DNA of 5,948 nucleotides from a virus (Duplodnaviria; Heunggongvirae; Uroviricota; Caudoviricetes): IMG/VR virus record IMGVR_UViG_2529292869_000005, positions 1 to 5,948 of that record; one strand, 5' to 3'. Shown piece by piece: positions 1 to 4,465 of this stretch (position 1 is its first letter; each line of letters starts with the position of its first letter). The notes under the pieces were generated by a model. It saw only the letters and a program-made list of their open reading frames with translations, ran no database searches and was not told where the DNA came from. The position numbers and the translations under genes were made by a program.

Positions 1-507
1 GCAGAGCATAAAACCTGGTCCCTGACGCATCCGGTGGATGACGCAATTACCCTGCTGACACAGGGCGGCAGACTGACCTGTAAGTTCCGCCTGTCAGGCG
101 CGCTGACCAACAATCAGTTCGGGCTGGGGATTTATCTGTATACGGATGCTCCCGTTCCTGATGGTGTGGCGATGACGGGTACCGGTAATCCGTTCCTGAT
201 GTCGTACTTTACTCAGACCACTGACGGCAGAGTGAATCTGATGCATCACAGGAAAGCCGGAAACACGAAGCTGGGGGAGTTCGGCGATTACGGTAACGAC
301 TGGCAGACGCTGGAGCTGGTGTTCACCGCCGGCAGTGCCACGGTTACTCCGAAACTGAATGGAGTGGCTGGCCCGGCATTCCAGGTTATAAAAGACAGTA
401 TGACACTGGGACTGAATGCGCTGACGCTGACGGATGTTACAAAAAATGCAGCGTATGGCGTTGAGATAGAAAGTCTGATGCTGGAGATAAATGCACCGGC
501 AGCATAA
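1..507 (+). CDS. 3' part of a late-region protein whose start lies upstream of the window (168 aa visible, stop TAA 505-507). Family not established; its position immediately upstream of S-R-Rz is the slot occupied by the large NanS-p-like ORF in lambdoid/Stx-type prophages, but that assignment is tentative.
   Basis: Frame 1 is open from base 1 with no stop until 505-507; the track's 34..507 ORF is the same frame from its first ATG. Composition looks like a real protein, not GC-skewed junk. Product guess rests on synteny only. Confidence 0.5.
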   Translation, partial: AEHKTWSLTHPVDDAITLLTQGGRLTCKFRLSGALTNNQFGLGIYLYTDAPVPDGVAMTGTGNPFLMSYFTQTTDGRVNLMHHRKAGNTKLGEFGDYGNDWQTLELVFTAGSATVTPKLNGVAGPAFQVIKDSMTLGLNALTLTDVTKNAAYGVEIESLMLEINAPAA

Positions 508-508
508 T

Positions 509-549
509 AAAAAAAGCCAGCGACTGACCTGAAAAAGAAGACGCTGGCT
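509..549 (-). terminator. Hairpin (stem GCCAGCG 516-522 / CGCTGGC 542-548, 19-nt loop) that on the minus strand is followed by a 7-nt U-tract; candidate minus-strand intrinsic terminator or structured RNA element
   Basis: 7-bp G/C-rich inverted repeat; A7 run at 509-515 becomes U7 on the minus strand. The loop is long for a canonical terminator. Confidence 0.35.
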
Positions 550-655
550 AAAAGGCCTTATATGTTTGTAGAGACTTATTTTTCACAGACAGCAATGATG
601 CCTGTCAATATATTATCAATATGCGGATTGTTTCAGTTACAGATGCTTTATTAAG

Positions 656-700
656 GAAAAAAACAGCCAGCACTGACTTTCGGTGGAGAGGTGCTGGCTC
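656..700 (-). terminator. Paralogous hairpin (stem AGCCAGCAC 665-673 / GTGCTGGCT 691-699, 17-nt loop) with a minus-strand U-tract; second copy of the element at 509-549
   Basis: 9-bp inverted repeat. Relative to copy 1 the stem carries a compensatory pair change (G522-C542 becomes A672-T692), preserving pairing. A7 at 656-662 gives U7 on the minus strand. Confidence 0.35.
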
Positions 701-873
701 AAAAGGATAGATGTACTTCACATGTTGCTTCTATATGGCAGTACATTTTCTGACAGACAGTGACGGATGTTGTCAAGATATTGTGTCATTTATAACCTGA
801 ATCGGGGGAGGCCGGAATGTTATCTGGCATTTTTAGCAGAGCCTGAATGCCATAATCACGGCTCCCGGCGTTG

Positions 874-908
874 GCCGTCAGTGGGCGACACTGGCGGCTT
901 TTTGTTTT
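874..908 (+). terminator. Rho-independent terminator-like hairpin upstream of the holin gene (stem GCCGTCAGTG 874-883 / CACTGGCGGC 889-898, loop GGCGA, then TTTTTGTTTT)
   Basis: 10-bp stem (one position is a U-G wobble in RNA), 5-nt loop, T-rich tail 899-908 on the + strand. Confidence 0.55.
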
Positions 909-953
909 CCTTTACTTTCATTTTCTGTCGGCGGTGACGGAGACATACATCAG

Positions 954-1160
954 ATGGAAAAAATCACAACGGGTGTGTCATACACCACGTCAGCGGTGGG
1001 GACGGGATACTGGTTACTGCAGCTGCTGGACAAAGTCTCTCCGTCCCAGTGGGTGGCGATAGGTGTGCTGGGGAGTCTGCTGTTTGGCCTGCTGACGTAT
1101 CTGACAAACCTTTATTTCAAGATTAAAGAAGATAAGCGTAAGGCGGCGCGGGGAGAGTAA
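954..1160 (+). CDS. S: Class II holin, phage-21 S-type pinholin (68 aa)
   Basis: Protein [68 protein letters not shown] closely resembles phage 21 S21-68 as I recall it: two transmembrane segments and a charged C-terminus. Stop TAA 1158-1160 abuts the R start codon. Confidence 0.9.
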   Translation: MEKITTGVSYTTSAVGTGYWLLQLLDKVSPSQWVAIGVLGSLLFGLLTYLTNLYFKIKEDKRKAARGE

Positions 1161-1658
1161 ATGTCGCCGTCATTACGCAAGGCTGTTGCAGCTGCTATTG
1201 GTGGTGGGGCTGTTGCCATAGCGTCTGTGCTCATCACTGGTCCAGGTGGTAACGATGGTCTGGAAGGTGTCAGCTACATACCATACAAAGATATCGTTGG
1301 CGTATGGACTGTATGTCACGGACACACCGGAAAAGACATCATGCCCGGTAAAACGTATACCGAAGCAGAATGCAAAGCCCTCCTGAATAAAGACCTTGCC
1401 ACGGTCGCCAGACAAATTAACCCGTACATCAACGTCGATATACCGGAAACAACGCGCGGCGCTCTTTACTCGTTCGTTTACAACGTGGGCGCTGGCAATT
1501 TCAGAACATCGACGCTTCTTCGCAAAATAAACCAGGGCGATATCAAAGGCGCATGTGATCAGCTACGGCGCTGGACATACGCTGGCGGTAAGCAATGGAA
1601 AGGGCTGATGACTCGCCGCGAGATTGAGCGTGAAGTCTGTTTGTGGGGGCAACAATGA
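1161..1658 (+). CDS. R: SAR (signal-anchor-release) endolysin, T4-lysozyme-like muramidase (165 aa)
   Basis: Gly/Ala-rich N-terminal SAR segment ([23 protein letters not shown]) followed by a lysozyme core with the E-8aa-D-5aa-T catalytic arrangement ([17 protein letters not shown]). Resembles phage 21 R as I recall it. Lies directly after the holin. Confidence 0.92.
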   Translation: MSPSLRKAVAAAIGGGAVAIASVLITGPGGNDGLEGVSYIPYKDIVGVWTVCHGHTGKDIMPGKTYTEAECKALLNKDLATVARQINPYINVDIPETTRGALYSFVYNVGAGNFRTSTLLRKINQGDIKGACDQLRRWTYAGGKQWKGLMTRREIEREVCLWGQQ

Positions 1659-2122
1659 GCAGGGTAACCGTTATTATCTCCGCTCTGGTTATCTGCATTA
1701 TCGCCTGCCTGTCATGGGCTGTTAATCATTACCGCGATAACGCCATTACCTACAAAGCGCAACGCGATAAAAAAGCCAGTGAGCTGAAGCTGGCGAACGT
1801 GACAATTACTGATATGCAGGTACGCCAGCGTGATGTCGCTGCACTTGATGCCAGATACTCGAGGGAATTAGCCGATGCGAGAGCTGAAAATGAAACTCTG
1901 CGTGCTGATGTTGCCGCTGGTCGTAAGCGCCTGCGCATCAACGCCAACTGTCCAGGCTCCTTGCGTAAAGCCCCCATCACCTCCGGCGTGGATAATGCAA
2001 CCGGTCCCCGACTGGCAGAAGCCGCTGAACGGGATTATTTCATCCTCAGAGAACGGCTGATGGCAATGCAGAAGCAACTGGAAGGAGCACAGGAATATAT
2101 CCGTACCCAGTGTATACCGTGA
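1655..2122 (+). CDS. Rz: Rz i-spanin (inner-membrane spanin subunit); likely start is ATG 1655 ([12 protein letters not shown]...), not the upstream GTG 1643 used by the ORF track
   Basis: N-terminal transmembrane segment followed by a coiled-coil-like periplasmic domain; strongly similar to lambda Rz. ATG 1655-1657 overlaps the R stop TGA 1656-1658 (ATGA coupling). Confidence 0.88.
   Translation: MSRVTVIISALVICIIACLSWAVNHYRDNAITYKAQRDKKASELKLANVTITDMQVRQRDVAALDARYSRELADARAENETLRADVAAGRKRLRINANCPGSLRKAPITSGVDNATGPRLAEAAERDYFILRERLMAMQKQLEGAQEYIRTQCIP
1875..2060 (+). CDS. Rz1: Rz1 o-spanin lipoprotein, entirely embedded in Rz in the +1 frame (61 aa)
   Basis: Signal peptide with lipobox LVVSAC, then a Pro-rich mature region ([26 protein letters not shown]) very similar to lambda Rz1. 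Embedded architecture is typical for lambdoid spanins. Confidence 0.85.
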   Translation: MRELKMKLCVLMLPLVVSACASTPTVQAPCVKPPSPPAWIMQPVPDWQKPLNGIISSSENG

Positions 2123-2399
2123 TGTTTTGTTATGAAGGTGTTACTGGTAACGTTAAGGTAATTTAACAAAGAGTCAGTTCCGGACTTTATAGTGTGCTCA
2201 GTTCATGGCCAAAAACGATTTCTGTGATAAATATTTTGAATATTATTTACAGGTAAATGGAGTGGGGCACATGGATAGAAATATTACAATAGAGTATGAA
2301 GTATATGCCCGTATTGTATGGGCAGAGAAGGCAAAAACACGGTAATTCCGTGTGTTGCCATGATACCTGATTGGCAGAATAGTTGTTTGGTTTTGAGTA

Positions 2400-2587
2400 T
2401 ATAGTCAGCGTTTTTTGTTCAGTAATTGCTCCCTCAAAAAATAATAAAATAAGGTGATTATTTTTGTTTATTATTTAGTTTTTTTTGTGTGTTGTTTTAT
2501 TGTTTTTGCGTGGTTTGTTTTTTATTGTTATTTCATTAAGGGAAGGTAAATTCAGGATGGCAGTCTGTAGATAATCGGAGGTCACTT
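2400..2587 (+). promoter_or_regulatory. AT-rich leader/promoter region upstream of the PerC-like gene, with a T/G-rich tract of repeated TTGTTTT-like motifs (about 2455-2530); no confident -35/-10 hexamers assigned
   Basis: Strong AT-richness relative to flanking phage genes; repeated tgtttt / ttgtttt units; SD GGAGG at 2577-2581 precedes ATG 2588. Confidence 0.4.
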
Positions 2588-2902
2588 ATGCTACATGATC
2601 ACGTGGCAGAATGTCTGGAGAAAAAAGGACTGTACCGGAGAGCAGCTGAACGATGGGCAAAAGTGATGGTACAGCTAAGTGATGACCAGAAAAGAAAAGT
2701 GGCGGCACAGAAACGAGCAGAGTGTTTGCGTAAGGCGCGCCGGACTCCGGTTTCACCGGTGAACCTGACCGAAATAAAACAAGCGGTCAACAGACTACAT
2801 TCTGAGTTGGGAATGGGATTTGAAGAGCGGCGGGTATTCCGACGATATAAAGGGACAGGAGAACAGAATACGTCCGGAAACGCGCGGTCAAAAAAATGCT
2901 AA
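2588..2902 (+). CDS. PerC-family transcriptional regulator (Pch-like, 104 aa); moron-type cargo
   Basis: N-terminal LEKKGLYRRAAERWAKVM matches the PerC-family hallmark as I recall it. Basic small protein with its own SD (GGAGG) and its own downstream terminator, sited between lysis and packaging modules. Confidence 0.6.
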   Translation: MLHDHVAECLEKKGLYRRAAERWAKVMVQLSDDQKRKVAAQKRAECLRKARRTPVSPVNLTEIKQAVNRLHSELGMGFEERRVFRRYKGTGEQNTSGNARSKKC

Positions 2903-2940
2903 AAAATATCTGAGAGAGTTATTGCCTGTTACCATAAGAA

Positions 2941-2966
2941 AAAGCGACTTTAGTGGTCGCTTTTTG
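2941..2966. terminator. Bidirectional rho-independent terminator between the convergent PerC-like (+) and YlcI-like (-) genes
   Basis: Stem GCGAC(T) 2944-2949 / (G)GTCGC 2955-2960 with a short loop; flanked by A-run 2933-2943 (U-tract for the minus strand) and T5 at 2961-2965 (U-tract for the + strand). Confidence 0.6.
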
Positions 2967-2983
2967 TGTCATATATAAGTCGT

Positions 2984-3208
2984 TTAAGTAAACCTGTCTG
3001 AACAGGTGCTCTGGTCGTGTTTGTCTTTGTTGGGTACAAATTGAGAATATTTTTCATTAATTAATCTTCTTCTGCAGGCTTCAATAACCCACGCTGAAAA
3101 ATTACCTGAACCTTTCTGGTCAAGAGCGATGTTAATTTGTTCAATCATCTGGTTTGGAAATCGGATGTTGCGGGTTGTTGTTCTGCGGGTCCGGTTTTTC
3201 GATGACAT
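2984..3208 (-). CDS. YlcI/YnfO-family small protein (DUF3950), 74 aa, function unknown
   Basis: Translation MSSKNRTRRTTTRNIRFPNQMIEQINIALDQKGSGNFSAWVIEACRRRL... matches the conserved N-terminal region of E. coli prophage YlcI/YnfO proteins as I recall them. SD AGGAAAG sits upstream of the ATG on the minus strand. The family is commonly found next to prophage terminase genes. Confidence 0.7.
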   Translation of the reverse strand: MSSKNRTRRTTTRNIRFPNQMIEQINIALDQKGSGNFSAWVIEACRRRLINEKYSQFVPNKDKHDQSTCSDRFT

Positions 3209-3249
3209 TTTCTTTCCTCTGGTGACAAGCTATATGGCGAGGATTTTAC

Positions 3250-3615
3250 ATGGCTGTGCTTCGTACGTTACCGGGCAGAATCAAAACTCTGAACACCCGG
3301 CGGGTGAATATTCTGAAGGGTGAACAGCGTCGTGTCAGTGGCAGTGCACGTGTTTCCCTCAAGCGTCATATCTGGCTCAGGGATGCCGGGCAGTGCTGTC
3401 TCTGTGGTCGTGTGGTTGACCTCTGTGACAGTGAACTCGATCACCGAATTGCACTTCAGTTCGGTGGTGGTAATGAGGAGACGAATCTCTGGACGCTCTG
3501 TACCGAATGCCATCGACAAAAGTCTGCTCGTGAAGCGGCGGGTGGTATGCCGGACCCGACGCTGCCGGAGGTGTCCGGAGGTCATGGCAGGGCAGACGAT
3601 ATCATCGGACTGTGA
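3250..3615 (+). CDS. Phage HNH endonuclease (121 aa), of the kind associated with terminase-mediated cos cleavage in HK97-like phages
   Basis: Zinc-binding and HNH signature CCLCG...DHRIALQFGGGNEETNLWTLCTECH; SD GAGGA upstream of ATG 3250; located immediately upstream of the terminase genes. Confidence 0.85.
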   Translation: MAVLRTLPGRIKTLNTRRVNILKGEQRRVSGSARVSLKRHIWLRDAGQCCLCGRVVDLCDSELDHRIALQFGGGNEETNLWTLCTECHRQKSAREAAGGMPDPTLPEVSGGHGRADDIIGL

Positions 3616-3901
3616 CCCGCCCCGGGGGGGATCATCCGGCGAAAAAAACGATCGCTCCGGACACCGCGCCCCCTCTCATGCAGAGAAAAAATTCCCGTTT
3701 CAGGCCAGTTAACATGTTAACTGGCTGTCGGCATTTTTGCGGTTTTTATCTTTATTATTCAGTTTGTTGTGCGAAAAAAATGTTAACTGGCTTTTTCAGC
3801 AAATGTTAACCAGGCAGCAGTTAACATTTGCGGCATGAGACGCCGGGAAAAATGGGCTGAACCATACCCGGCTGAGTGCGTTCTGGACCCGGGAGGAGGC
3901 T
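3616..3901. promoter_or_regulatory. Putative cos / terminase-recognition region between the HNH and terminase small-subunit genes; exact cosN nick positions not determined
   Basis: Non-coding gap in the position where cos lies in HK97-like prophages. Contains a GC-rich symmetric core CCCCGGGG (3620-3627), A/T tracts, and the TGTTAAC repeat array. Confidence 0.4.
3704..3826. repeat. Array of TGTTAAC(T/C)(G/A)G motifs: a 22-bp perfect palindrome GCCAGTTAACATGTTAACTGGC (3704-3725) plus half-sites at 3781-3791, 3804-3813 and inverted at 3818-3826; candidate binding sites for terminase small subunit or another DNA-binding protein
   Basis: Direct reading of the sequence: five occurrences of the motif in about 125 bp, interleaved with A- and T-tracts. 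Confidence 0.6.
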
Positions 3902-4465
3902 GTGCTGACAACGCAAAAACGAAAATTTGCGCTGGCGCTCATGTCCGGGAAAAACAAAACAGCGTCAGCCCTTGCCGCCGGTTATTCGGCGAAGACAGCC
4001 AGGGTTAAAGGCTCGCAGCTGGCAAAAGATCCTGAGGTGCTTGCGTTTATAGCCCGTAAACAATGCGAGACGGTGGAGGTGGATGAGGTTCCTGTTTACC
4101 GGCAGAAAAAATCAGAGCAGGAGGATAAACCCCGTCGCCGTGAGGCGGCTGCAATACCACAGCCGGACGAAAACAATCTGGAGATGCCACCGTCCGCGGT
4201 GATGTCTCCTGGTATTGAATATATGGAGGATGGTCTTCCCGATCCGGTGAAAGCCATGGGGCGGATCCTGGTGGAAAACCTCTGCATTGATCCGAAACTG
4301 GCACTGGATGCGGCCTGGCGTCTGGCGCAGTTCACGCACCACAAAAAAGGGGATACCGGGAAAAAATCGGCAAAAGGTGATGCCGCGAAAAAAGCGGCTA
4401 ACCGTTTTGCGGTGCCACCGCCACCCCGACTGGTGGTGAATAACGATAATGAGGGCAACGGATGA
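3902..4465 (+). CDS. Terminase small subunit (187 aa), GTG start
   Basis: Strong SD GGGAGGAGG at 3891-3899 then GTG 3902. N-terminal HTH-like region (KRKFALALMSGKNKTASALAAGYSAKTARVKGSQLAKDPEV) typical of P27-type small terminases; acidic/basic C-terminal tail. Stop TGA 4463-4465 overlaps the terL ATG 4462 (ATGA). Confidence 0.82.
   Translation: MLTTQKRKFALALMSGKNKTASALAAGYSAKTARVKGSQLAKDPEVLAFIARKQCETVEVDEVPVYRQKKSEQEDKPRRREAAAIPQPDENNLEMPPSAVMSPGIEYMEDGLPDPVKAMGRILVENLCIDPKLALDAAWRLAQFTHHKKGDTGKKSAKGDAAKKAANRFAVPPPPRLVVNNDNEGNG

Larger units (their letters stand above)
508..808. repeat. Two diverged tandem copies (~508-655 and ~656-808) of a ~150 bp non-coding unit, each with an A-tract, a GCCAGC...GCTGGC hairpin, AAAAGG, and an ACAGACAG...TGTCAA..ATATT block
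   Basis: By-eye alignment: aaaaaaaGCCAGCGactgac...CGCTGGCtaaaagg (509-556) versus aaaaaaacaGCCAGCActgac...TGCTGGCtcaaaagg (656-706); ttttTCACAGACAG...CCTGTCAATATATT (581-616) versus ttttCTGACAGACAG...GTTGTCAAGATATT (740-780). Confidence 0.55.

Noticed and set aside
871-1062. + strand ORF 871..1062 overlapping the holin gene in another frame
   Set aside because: It starts inside the terminator hairpin and overlaps the well-supported holin frame; Trp/Arg/Cys-rich translation; no SD.
1173-2077. Minus-strand ORFs 1173..1415, 1750..1980, 1868..2077 antisense to R and Rz
   Set aside because: Antisense to strongly supported lysis genes, with no start context and low-complexity translations. Only the + strand embedded ORF 1875..2060 (Rz1) is real.
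2330-2359. Imperfect hairpin GGCAAaaaCACGG-taatt-CCGTGtgTTGCC
   Set aside because: Interrupted stem and no downstream U-tract, so it is not a convincing terminator; possibly a minor RNA structure at the end of the speculative small ORF.
2599-2790. Minus-strand ORF antisense to the PerC-like gene
   Set aside because: Lies entirely inside the better-supported + strand gene, which has a recognisable family motif and SD; the antisense translation is Ser/Arg/Phe-rich junk.
3129-3323. + strand ORF 3129..3323 and + ORF 3612..3809
   Set aside because: The first overlaps the YlcI-like gene in antisense and the HNH start; the second spans the non-coding cos-like repeat region. Neither has an SD and both translate to Cys/Phe-rich junk.
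3268-3712. ORFs 3268..3585 (-) and 3320..3712 (+) overlapping the HNH gene
   Set aside because: The HNH frame carries a clear CxxC...HNH...CxxCH signature; the alternative frames give Ser/Val/Thr/Arg-rich sequences with no recognisable motifs.
3706-3826. GTTAAC (HpaI) sites as evidence of a restriction-modification context
   Set aside because: They are simply the core of the repeated TGTTAAC motif; no methyltransferase or restriction enzyme gene is present in the window.
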